The notes under the pieces: model-generated | The model's input: only the letters and a program-made list of their open reading frames with translations | Told to the model about the DNA's origin: nothing | Databases searched by the model: none | Made by a program: the position numbers and the translations under genes | Virus record (IMG/VR): IMGVR_UViG_3300027804_002057 | Source: a virus | DNA: 64,000 nt | Direction: 5' to 3' (one strand) | Shown here: piece by piece, positions 46,643 through 54,996 of the stretch | Layout: every line of letters starts with the position of its first letter | Numbering within the stretch: position 1 is the stretch's first letter

Positions 46643-47935
46643 TTATAGTTTATTTAATTTTGGTATTTGAATCTTAGCTTTGTTAAGCTGCGGAACATTA
46701 AATGGAACAACTTTAGGAGTTGCTTTTACATAAGTATCCATAATTTCAGTAAATCTATCATGCATTTTTTCTAATGTAAAATTTTTCAAAGTATTTTCTT
46801 TTAATCCCTGTGATTTAGAAAGGTAAGTATCATACTTTTTATAAACATCATACATTTTATTAGCTGCAGAACTATAATTTACAGTAAACCATTGTGCTTC
46901 TTTCATAATGAATTGGTCAGCTGCGGATTCATCTACTGCTGTCAAACTACCTTCCAATAAAACTGCATGTTCTGCTGGTAGAAAATCTATTTGCCCACTC
47001 CATCCACTTGCTATAAGTGGTTTACCTGTCAAAGTAAACTCAGCCATTGGTCTACCATATCCCTCACCTTTAGCAAATGAAATCATTGCTTTAACTTTTG
47101 GATGATGGTATAAATTACTCATATCACTTTCTTCCATATCACCATGTATCAAATATACAGATGGAGATTTATCACCAAATGATTTTAATACTTCATCAAT
47201 CTTTCTACGAGTTTCCTCTCTATCAATTACACTAAATCCAGCATGAGATGTTTTTAATAAAAGAGCAGGTTGTTTATCTTTTGGTAGGTATTGAAACACT
47301 GTTGCAAATGTTTTAATTACCATTCCAATATCTTTTCTATCTTGTCCCAATGAACCTTTCAACCAATGTCCAACAGTTAGGAAACAAAAATCTTCTTTTA
47401 CGTTTTCCAAAACATCTTTACCATTTCCATTAGAAAATATTTCAGTATCAACACCTTCAAATAGAACTTCGATTGGTCTTTGTATTTTAAACTCACCTAC
47501 AATCTGCCCAGTTGTTTGGTCCTTTTGTTGATATACAGTTCCGCCTAAATTTTGTTTTGTAAAATTAGATGGTACTAAAATCAAATCCATTTTGTTAGAA
47601 CCATCAATAAAATCTTTAGGTGCAATTGTAGTTTCAACTCCAGCAGTAATACCAATGTTATAATTTCCTTTTGGTTCGAATTCATTTGCTACTGAAATTT
47701 GCATGAATACGTCAGGCTTTTCTCCAATCTCTCCAATAACTCTTTCTAACATCCAACGGCCAAATTCATCTTGGTCACTAACTTGGTTTTGTGGTGTGTT
47801 ACCCCAACGAAGTGGAATAATTTTTATATCGTACTTATCCATTTTACGAAGTGATTTCATCAAATCTCTACAATGGTCACCATAACCACTTCTAGTAAAA
47901 ATAGGTCCTTGAAATACTAATGTTGGTTTGCTCAT
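46643..47935 (-). CDS. GT4-like glycosyltransferase
   Basis: RSGYGDH, RKDI, KGEGYGRPMAE (EX7E), SGWSGQIDF. Confidence 0.85.
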   Translation of the reverse strand: MSKPTLVFQGPIFTRSGYGDHCRDLMKSLRKMDKYDIKIIPLRWGNTPQNQVSDQDEFGRWMLERVIGEIGEKPDVFMQISVANEFEPKGNYNIGITAGVETTIAPKDFIDGSNKMDLILVPSNFTKQNLGGTVYQQKDQTTGQIVGEFKIQRPIEVLFEGVDTEIFSNGNGKDVLENVKEDFCFLTVGHWLKGSLGQDRKDIGMVIKTFATVFQYLPKDKQPALLLKTSHAGFSVIDREETRRKIDEVLKSFGDKSPSVYLIHGDMEESDMSNLYHHPKVKAMISFAKGEGYGRPMAEFTLTGKPLIASGWSGQIDFLPAEHAVLLEGSLTAVDESAADQFIMKEAQWFTVNYSSAANKMYDVYKKYDTYLSKSQGLKENTLKNFTLEKMHDRFTEIMDTYVKATPKVVPFNVPQLNKAKIQIPKLNKL

Positions 47936-47945
47936 ATACTATAAC

Positions 47946-49328
47946 TTATTTAACTTTAAATACCTCAAATCTTTGGCGAGGTTTCCAATTTTCAAATGTA
48001 GATTCAATTCCATCCACTAATGTTTGACACATATTTGTATGTGATAAACCAGCTTCATTAATAAAGAATTCTCTACCAATTAAAGCATTTGCTTTTCTTT
48101 CTTCTTTAGGTGTGTTGTACATTTTTTCGATTGCATCCGCAACATCATGTAAATCAACTCTATCATCCCAAATATAAGGAGTTGGAACTGAACCTGCTAA
48201 TGCCAATGCTCTACTCCAAACAGGAATAGCCCAAGAACCAGGTTTTGCTTTTTCTTCCCACTTTCTCCACTCATGCAGAGAACCAATTTTTATATAATCA
48301 TCCGCAACTAATACATTACCCTCAACTTTAAATCCACATTGGTCTTGCAATCCGCCTGTTACGTTTACGATGATTGGAGTTCCTGCCATTACCGATTCTG
48401 CAGTTGCTAATCCAAATCCTTCGTTGTTAGCGATGTTAATTGTTGCATCTACCATATTGTAGATAAGATTTAACTCTTGTTGAGGTCTTCTCTTTTCAGA
48501 AAATTTAATATTAACATCAGGTGCAATTGCTTCAATAACTGCCGGTAAATCCGTACCATTATCATCCACAGGTTGAGTGTGCATTAATAACAAACACTTA
48601 TCTGCTTTTTCTTTACCAATTCTATCACAAAATAATTTATATGCATAGATTACATCAGATGGTTGCTTTCTTCTAATATTGCGATTTGACCAATAAAGAA
48701 TGAAATCATATTTTTTATCACCAACAACATCTTTGTAAAACTCATCAGATACATCAGCTGGTTTGTATATATCAGTATTAATACCATGTGGTACATAACT
48801 TACTTGCCAATCTGCTTTTGGTTTCCAAGTTGGTTTATCAACTCTAGCACCAATTCTTTTAATAATACCATAAGTTTGGCGAGAGATACAACCAATCCAA
48901 TCACAACTTTCATAGAAGTTACGATTATACATTGGGTCTGGCAAATCATCCCAAATTGCGTAGAATAAAAGAGGAACATTTTGTCTGATTTCATGCTCTA
49001 TATCATACAACCATGTCCAATAGCGAGGGTCAGTAAAGTGTAGGATAGCATCAGGTCTTTCTGAATTAATCAGCTGACGTATTAAATCAGCGTTACCATA
49101 TCCATTCCAAGGTAAAATTTTTACATTTGCATCTTGTATTCCATAGTTTTGTCTGATGTCTTCACTAACATCTAAAATCTTTCCAGCTTCTGGATGGTTG
49201 ATTGCAGCTCCTACTTGAAACCAATCGTATTTATGTACTGTCCCTAATACTAATTCTTTGGACATTGTAGCGATACCACTCGCCATTCTTAAATCATCTG
49301 AAAGTAACAATATTTTTTTCTTTGCCAT
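47946..49328 (-). CDS. GT4-like glycosyltransferase
   Basis: LSDDLRMASG, VPHGIN, NRNIRRKQ, NEGFGLATAE (EX7E), TGGLQDQ. Confidence 0.88.
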   Translation of the reverse strand: MAKKKILLLSDDLRMASGIATMSKELVLGTVHKYDWFQVGAAINHPEAGKILDVSEDIRQNYGIQDANVKILPWNGYGNADLIRQLINSERPDAILHFTDPRYWTWLYDIEHEIRQNVPLLFYAIWDDLPDPMYNRNFYESCDWIGCISRQTYGIIKRIGARVDKPTWKPKADWQVSYVPHGINTDIYKPADVSDEFYKDVVGDKKYDFILYWSNRNIRRKQPSDVIYAYKLFCDRIGKEKADKCLLLMHTQPVDDNGTDLPAVIEAIAPDVNIKFSEKRRPQQELNLIYNMVDATINIANNEGFGLATAESVMAGTPIIVNVTGGLQDQCGFKVEGNVLVADDYIKIGSLHEWRKWEEKAKPGSWAIPVWSRALALAGSVPTPYIWDDRVDLHDVADAIEKMYNTPKEERKANALIGREFFINEAGLSHTNMCQTLVDGIESTFENWKPRQRFEVFKVK

Positions 49329-49336
49329 AACTAATT

Positions 49337-49537
49337 TTAAAATTGTGAACCTGAAATTTGAAGTTTTGCGTATTCATTCATTTCTTTTCTGAAATCCTCA
49401 TCATTAACATATCTTTCGACTGTTCTATTGACTAATTTTTGTAAAGTAACATCCGAATTAAATGATACTTTTTTAAACGATGAATATACATCTTTCAAGA
49501 TTTTCACAGTTGTTAATTTTGTGTTTTCTTGATTCAT
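49337..49537 (-). CDS. Small ribbon-helix-helix-like DNA-binding protein
   Basis: KLTTVKI strand followed by two amphipathic helices. Confidence 0.55.
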   Translation of the reverse strand: MNQENTKLTTVKILKDVYSSFKKVSFNSDVTLQKLVNRTVERYVNDEDFRKEMNEYAKLQISGSQF

Positions 49538-49595
49538 TGTAATATCTATTTTATATATTTGTATATATAAGTATATTACAACAAGAAAAAAGAAT

Positions 49596-49611
49596 AAGTT
49601 TTTAAAAACTT
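49596..49611 (-). terminator. Possible weak terminator or binding site (16-bp perfect palindrome)
   Basis: AAGTTTTTAAAAACTT just after nuclease stop, U-rich downstream on minus strand. Confidence 0.3.
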
Positions 49612-49614
49612 TTT

Positions 49615-50484
49615 TTATTTATCAGCCTTACCATCACAGTGTTTTCCTAAAAATTCACACCATTTACAATTCTTTTTGTTTTGACCGGGTACTTTAGGGA
49701 ATTTAATATCTTTGTAAGTACCATCATCATTAAAGACCGTATTGATGAATTCCATAAATTCATCATGTGCTTTTGTAACAGATGGTGCACCATTCGATGG
49801 GGCGTGTTTTGATATATAAGGAACTGGAAATGCCGAATCTTCGGGCAACTTCCTTCTCATAATCTGATATTCAACTCTAATCTTTTGTAAAGGAATGTTA
49901 AATAATTCAGAATAGTATTTTTTATACAAAAGGATTTGTGCGTTTTTAAACTTATCCGCCTTCTGATATTGATTCCAACCCTGTGTTGATGTTTTAAGGT
50001 CAATAATTATAATTGAATTCTCAGCCATATCTCTAAGAACAATATCTATGAATCCAATAAAGTGAACACCTTCTTTAATTTTAGCGTTCAATGGAATCTC
50101 AATACCAACTAATTCAAATCCTGATTTAGAATAGAACTTATTAAGATTCTTTTTTAACCACTCCAATATTCTTCTACCATCACCATAAAATTCTTCTAAT
50201 TCAATTTGGGTACAAGGTGTACCTTCACTAAGAGCTTCTCTTTCTTTCGTAAAGTTTTCTTTCATCCTATCCAATAATAACTTATCCAAATCAATCTCAT
50301 CAGCTTGCTTTTTGGATACACCATACATTACTGAAAGGTAGTGTTGGATAGTTTCATGCATTGAACTACCAAATATAGTGTGAATGTTACCAGAACTTTC
50401 ACCTAATTTATCTATATAATTTAACTTATATTGTTGCGGGCAGCTACTCCACATTGAGTACTGCGAAAATGATACTTTTGCCAT
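49615..50484 (-). CDS. PD-(D/E)XK nuclease (RecB/Cas4-like)
   Basis: SFSQYSMWSSCP, FGSSMHE, GFIDIV, IIDLKT, QILLY, CKWCEF...C. Confidence 0.88.
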   Translation of the reverse strand: MAKVSFSQYSMWSSCPQQYKLNYIDKLGESSGNIHTIFGSSMHETIQHYLSVMYGVSKKQADEIDLDKLLLDRMKENFTKEREALSEGTPCTQIELEEFYGDGRRILEWLKKNLNKFYSKSGFELVGIEIPLNAKIKEGVHFIGFIDIVLRDMAENSIIIIDLKTSTQGWNQYQKADKFKNAQILLYKKYYSELFNIPLQKIRVEYQIMRRKLPEDSAFPVPYISKHAPSNGAPSVTKAHDEFMEFINTVFNDDGTYKDIKFPKVPGQNKKNCKWCEFLGKHCDGKADK

Positions 50485-50488
50485 AATG

Positions 50489-50520
50489 TAAAGATACGAA
50501 AATTATCCGATATTACCAAT
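50489..50520 (-). promoter_or_regulatory. Bacteroidota-type promoter (-33/-7)
   Basis: ATTG-N20-TATCTTTA ending 4 nt before ATG. Confidence 0.6.
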
Positions 50521-50969
50521 TAAATTTTCAACTTTAATTTAGTAATTTGCTTAGGGTCAGTACCATAAGCTTCCGCAATTTCTTTGATATGAGTTTTACC
50601 TGCGGTTGTTTGGTAAAGTATATGAACATAATCTTCAGCCTCTAACTTAGATACTTCATAGTATTTAGCTATTAACTCAATTACCCAACCTTCGTACTTA
50701 TCTGCCGAAGCTGGTTTCATATATTTTAAAAATGCTCTTGTCTTTGGTATTAATCCAATCAACGCAAGATACATTGCTTTTGGTGGAGCCTCCTGAATGT
50801 AAGGTGATATATCTGCTATCAATTCAATCCAATCCGGCTTCATAGAAAGAAAACGGAGTATCATATAGTTACTCCATGTTTTTTTATCACTTTCATCAAG
50901 CTTATCCCAATACTTTGGGTCTTTATCTTGTGTTATTGCGTTAATATGGTCAAATAAAGTTTTAGCCAT
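50520..50969 (-). CDS. Clamp loader small subunit (T4 gp62-like)
   Basis: LFDHINAI, YMILRFLSM, YYEVSKLEAEDY; near large subunit. Confidence 0.75.
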   Translation of the reverse strand: MAKTLFDHINAITQDKDPKYWDKLDESDKKTWSNYMILRFLSMKPDWIELIADISPYIQEAPPKAMYLALIGLIPKTRAFLKYMKPASADKYEGWVIELIAKYYEVSKLEAEDYVHILYQTTAGKTHIKEIAEAYGTDPKQITKLKLKI

Positions 50970-51273
50970 TTGTATCTAAATCTATTTTTGGTTGAGATGA
51001 CATTTTATCTTTTGCTTCCAATGCTCTTAATTCAAGCGGTTTAAGTGGTTCAAATTCTTCACCACAACTTCCACATATAACTAAATCAAAAGGTATAACC
51101 ATATCCTGTGCTCCACCGAATGATAACTTTGATAATCTTCTTACTTTAACAGTTGGTATGAATTTATCATATCCACATTCACACACCATTGGTACTGATT
51201 GTGATATATCAACTTTTGGATTTGTTCCTCCGGGCATTTGTGGTAATTCACCTTGTCCAATAATGTTTGCCAT
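50962..51273 (-). CDS. Zinc-ribbon hypothetical protein
   Basis: CECG...CGSCG. Confidence 0.7.
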   Translation of the reverse strand: MANIIGQGELPQMPGGTNPKVDISQSVPMVCECGYDKFIPTVKVRRLSKLSFGGAQDMVIPFDLVICGSCGEEFEPLKPLELRALEAKDKMSSQPKIDLDTNG

Positions 51274-51274
51274 A

Positions 51275-52213
51275 TTATATTACGTTTAAAATTTGTATTA
51301 ATGTTGATGCTGCTATAATTTCTTTATCAATTGCTACCGCAGATTTAGCAATACTATCACCTAAGATAAGAATTACACCGGATGTATTATCAGCTGCATA
51401 TTCATCTACTTTATCATAAAGAAGTGTGTACAATTCTGAAAATTCTGATGCTCTACTATCAATAATAGCCTGTCTTAGTTTCATATATTTATTTCTCTTA
51501 TCATCATTTGATTTAAGAATATCCAATACTTTTAACTTATAATCATTTTCTAATAGATTTTGTACATCTACTTTCAACTTACCTTTATGAGAATTCAATT
51601 GGCAAGTGTTGATTACTTTACGAATATCAGGATAACTAGCATCAATGATTGGAACTAAATCTTTTACATCAAACTCCACACCTTCAGCTTTCAAAATTTT
51701 ACTCATTTGAATAGCCACATCTTTTTTAGTTGGTGGGATAATTTGGAAAGATTGACATCTACTTTGAATTGGTTCAATTACTTTCTCCACATAGTTACAA
51801 GTCAAAATGAATCTACAATGTTTACTAAATGTTTCCATTAAGTTTCTTAGGATAGCCTGAGCGTTTTGTGACATGTAATCAAACTCATCCATTATAATAA
51901 TCTTAAATGGCTTGAATCCCATTGATGATGCAAAGTTCTTTACTTTGTTACGAACTGTATCTACGTTGTTTTCATCCGATGCGTTAATAATGATGTAATC
52001 ACAATCTAATGAATTAACAATCAATTTTGCTAATGTGGTTTTACCCGTACCCGCTCTACCATAAAGTAACAGATGCGGTACATCACCACTTTCTAAATAA
52101 GTTTCTACTTTTGATTTTAAGTGCTCATTACCTACATAATCTTCTAACTTATTAGGTCTATATTTTTCAACCCACAATGAGTGGTTGTTTTCTTCTTGCT
52201 GATATTCGAACAT
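51275..52213 (-). CDS. Clamp loader AAA+ subunit (gp44 / RFC small subunit-like)
   Basis: LWVEKYRP, GRAGTGKT, INASD, MDEFD, SRC. Confidence 0.93.
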   Translation of the reverse strand: MFEYQQEENNHSLWVEKYRPNKLEDYVGNEHLKSKVETYLESGDVPHLLLYGRAGTGKTTLAKLIVNSLDCDYIIINASDENNVDTVRNKVKNFASSMGFKPFKIIIMDEFDYMSQNAQAILRNLMETFSKHCRFILTCNYVEKVIEPIQSRCQSFQIIPPTKKDVAIQMSKILKAEGVEFDVKDLVPIIDASYPDIRKVINTCQLNSHKGKLKVDVQNLLENDYKLKVLDILKSNDDKRNKYMKLRQAIIDSRASEFSELYTLLYDKVDEYAADNTSGVILILGDSIAKSAVAIDKEIIAASTLIQILNVI

Positions 52214-52220
52214 AATTTTT

Positions 52221-52655
52221 TTATTTTCCAGTTGAACCGAATCCACCTTCGCCTCTTTCGGTGTTTGTTAATTCATCTACTTCTTTAAATTCAATTGGTG
52301 GATATGGTATAATCATAATTTGAGCAACTCTATCACCAACGATATAGGTATGCCCACCATCAATTTGGGATACACCTTTTTTATTAAATGTTGCCTGTAA
52401 TTCACCTCTATATTTACTATCAACCACACCAACACAATTTGATAATGATAAATCGGTATTTCTTACTGATGAACGAGGGAATACTAATCCTACAAATCCG
52501 TCAGGTATTTCTAATGCAATGCCCAATCCATATGTAATTTGTGTTTTAGTATCTAATATAATTGATGTTGCAACCAAATCCATTCCAGCATCACCTTCTT
52601 TGGCGTATGTTGGAATTACTGCATTAGGCTTCAGTTTCTTTATCTTCACTTCCAT
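52221..52655 (-). CDS. dut: Trimeric dUTPase
   Basis: DAGMDL, PRSS, GVVDSKYRGE, RVAQ, RGEGGFGSTG. Confidence 0.95.
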   Translation of the reverse strand: MEVKIKKLKPNAVIPTYAKEGDAGMDLVATSIILDTKTQITYGLGIALEIPDGFVGLVFPRSSVRNTDLSLSNCVGVVDSKYRGELQATFNKKGVSQIDGGHTYIVGDRVAQIMIIPYPPIEFKEVDELTNTERGEGGFGSTGK

Positions 52656-53004
52656 TTTGTAAATTTTTAATAGCTTCTCTTTGTTTTTCTCTTAGTTCTT
52701 TACCTTCGGATGAAATCTCTCTAGCAAATATTTTAAATATTTTACCAGTCTTTCCATTTTGAAAAGTAATATAAGAATCTTTAACATTGGTAATTGTAAA
52801 AATTACTTTTGGGTCTTCATCTTTATTTAACTCATCATCAGTCCATGCAAATACTTGTGGTTCATCTTCATCAAACTGAAAACACCATTCGCATTCTTCA
52901 TACTTTTCCTGATTCAATGCAATTTGTCCAATTGGTTCTAATTGTTGAGATACTTCCTCAACTTTTACTTCTTCTACTTTTTTTGTTTTTTTAGCCTTTG
53001 CCAT
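52624..53004 (-). CDS. Hypothetical protein
   Basis: Intact ORF within replication operon. Confidence 0.7.
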   Translation of the reverse strand: MAKAKKTKKVEEVKVEEVSQQLEPIGQIALNQEKYEECEWCFQFDEDEPQVFAWTDDELNKDEDPKVIFTITNVKDSYITFQNGKTGKIFKIFAREISSEGKELREKQREAIKNLQNGSEDKETEA

Positions 53005-53016
53005 ATTATTTTGTTT

Positions 53017-54228
53017 TTATCTTCCTACTTCTGATAGGTATTTTGCTTTCATTTCTTCCCAACTAATTCCGATAGCATCTATGTAGAATAAGTGTTCAGG
53101 TTTAATTCTTCCTTCATCATGTAGTTTTGTATATCTACTGATTGCGTGTTTCTTCCACCATTTGTTGATGTATTCAGTACCTTGCTTAAATTTATCTTTA
53201 AGGATTAATTGGTCTTCGGTAATTTTATCACAAAGGAAATCAGTACCATTTTCATACATCATAGCCATATACACACCTCTCTTAAATCCGTGATGATATT
53301 CAGTTGCTTTGATACCACACTCCTTAAAGATTTGTCCTAATATCTTTTGTTTGATACCACTAACAGGTCCGTTAGCTTCATATCCCATATTAGCACCATT
53401 ACGAGCTCTCTCATCTGAAATGTTATCTTTGTACCATTCAGCACGATTTTCTTTTAACCATTGATGCCAAGGGTCATAATACTTATCATCCGGCTTAATA
53501 CTAATTTTACCAGCTGATTCTCCTAATGTTTTAAATAAAGGGATACCATTGTATTGAGAATGGATACCATATAGAGATGTTGTACCTACTGCTATAAGAA
53601 CGTTTTCATATTTTTTCTTCCAATACTCTCTAACTTCAGGCACCGTAGTCATCATAGCTATTAACTTACCACCTAAGAAGTTATATCCTAAAGGTTGAGT
53701 ACATACAATAGTTGAAGCAATAGTTGTGTTGTTTAACTTACCCTTCTGAAACTTATCTTCTTTTGACCAACCAATAAAGTTATCTCTAACACCTAATGCG
53801 GTTACATCGGATGCCAATGAAATTTGTCCTAATAATTTTCCACTTGTCCTATCCTTTACATTAATCTTTACATTACGACCAGGGTTTGCTGTAAAATCCA
53901 TTGTGTGAATCATACGTCTTACTGCTGCCCATTTAGTAGATTCCTTAGGGTCTTCCACAATCTCAACGTAAGGGTCTAACGATTCAATTTCTTTTATCGT
54001 TAGCTCCTTATCATTGATATTTGTTGGTTTCCATTGAGAGTCATAATACGATGCTATTTGGGCTTTAGCCTGAATCATTGACGGTTCTTGCAACTCCACC
54101 CACTTTTTGTATAGTGTTTGTTCTTGCACAGACATCGTCATAAGATAGTCCATATTTTCTTTTAACTTTTGTTTCTCAACATCAAAGTCAAAGATAGGTT
54201 TTTGTGGTTCAGTTTCCCAAAAGCTCAT
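53017..54228 (-). CDS. DUF4338 / Druantia DruA-like protein
   Basis: NPGRN, RDNFIGW, QPLGYNFLGGKLIAM, TTSLYG..SQYN, LGESAG, HGFKRGVY. Confidence 0.75.
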   Translation of the reverse strand: MSFWETEPQKPIFDFDVEKQKLKENMDYLMTMSVQEQTLYKKWVELQEPSMIQAKAQIASYYDSQWKPTNINDKELTIKEIESLDPYVEIVEDPKESTKWAAVRRMIHTMDFTANPGRNVKINVKDRTSGKLLGQISLASDVTALGVRDNFIGWSKEDKFQKGKLNNTTIASTIVCTQPLGYNFLGGKLIAMMTTVPEVREYWKKKYENVLIAVGTTSLYGIHSQYNGIPLFKTLGESAGKISIKPDDKYYDPWHQWLKENRAEWYKDNISDERARNGANMGYEANGPVSGIKQKILGQIFKECGIKATEYHHGFKRGVYMAMMYENGTDFLCDKITEDQLILKDKFKQGTEYINKWWKKHAISRYTKLHDEGRIKPEHLFYIDAIGISWEEMKAKYLSEVGR

Positions 54229-54233
54229 ATTAA

Positions 54234-54929
54234 TTATTTAATTTCTACTAAGTAATAGTTTGATGTGTAATCTCCATCAGTAAATGATACATGTGATAAT
54301 CCTTTAGATGAGATTTTCAATGAAGATGATTTAGAACCTTTGTTAGCGGTTAAGATTGCTTTCAAATATTTTGCTGAGAATGCAATTGGTTCAACATCTT
54401 CTTTTGCTGTTGTTTCCACAGCGATTGAAATTCGATTTGAGTTGATTGAAGAATAACCCAAAATGATTTCAGCTTTTTTATCTTTTACAGTAAATGTAAA
54501 AGTATCTGCATCAGCCAATGCACCTTTTGATTTAATAAACTTATTTACAAAGTCATCATTCAAAGTAACTTCTGCATCAAAAGCAGGTAATGCTTTCAAA
54601 TCAGGTACTGCAGGAATCACCGATGGTGCTGCTAACATATATTGTACCTTAGTTCCTTTATCAGAGAACTTAACTGCTCCAGTTGTTTCTTCAACTGAAA
54701 TTGCTTCATCCAATACACTCAACAATCCTTTTAATTGAGATGTAGTGTAAATACCAAACTCACCATTAGGGAAATCAGTTTCAGCAACTGTAACATCACC
54801 TAACAATGTTTTGTCATCGGAAATCATTCTTACTGATAATTCTTTATCAGAAGATTTAATCATAACGGATTCAATCTCACCACCAAGGTTATAACGATTG
54901 ATAAAACCATCAAATTTGCTTTTGTTCAT
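54234..54929 (-). CDS. DNA polymerase sliding clamp (T4 gp45-like)
   Basis: EFGIYTTSQLKGLLSVL, VQYMLAAPSVI, YYLVE end; 231 aa; directly downstream of PolB. Confidence 0.82.
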   Translation of the reverse strand: MNKSKFDGFINRYNLGGEIESVMIKSSDKELSVRMISDDKTLLGDVTVAETDFPNGEFGIYTTSQLKGLLSVLDEAISVEETTGAVKFSDKGTKVQYMLAAPSVIPAVPDLKALPAFDAEVTLNDDFVNKFIKSKGALADADTFTFTVKDKKAEIILGYSSINSNRISIAVETTAKEDVEPIAFSAKYLKAILTANKGSKSSSLKISSKGLSHVSFTDGDYTSNYYLVEIK

Positions 54930-54964
54930 AATTGAAATTTTATATTTTAAAAGTTTATATTACA

Positions 54965-54996
54965 CAAATATACGAAAAATACTTGAAACTACCAAC
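54965..54996 (-). promoter_or_regulatory. Bacteroidota primary-sigma promoter (-33/-7)
   Basis: GTTG-N20-TATATTTG upstream of clamp gene. Confidence 0.75.

Noticed and set aside
49554-49561. Plus-strand TATATTTG as an antisense promoter
   Set aside because: No -33 box at the 20-nt spacing used by all others; lies in an AT-rich palindrome
53017-54228. Complete Druantia defence system
   Set aside because: Only a DruA-like domain; no DruE helicase or other Dru genes in window
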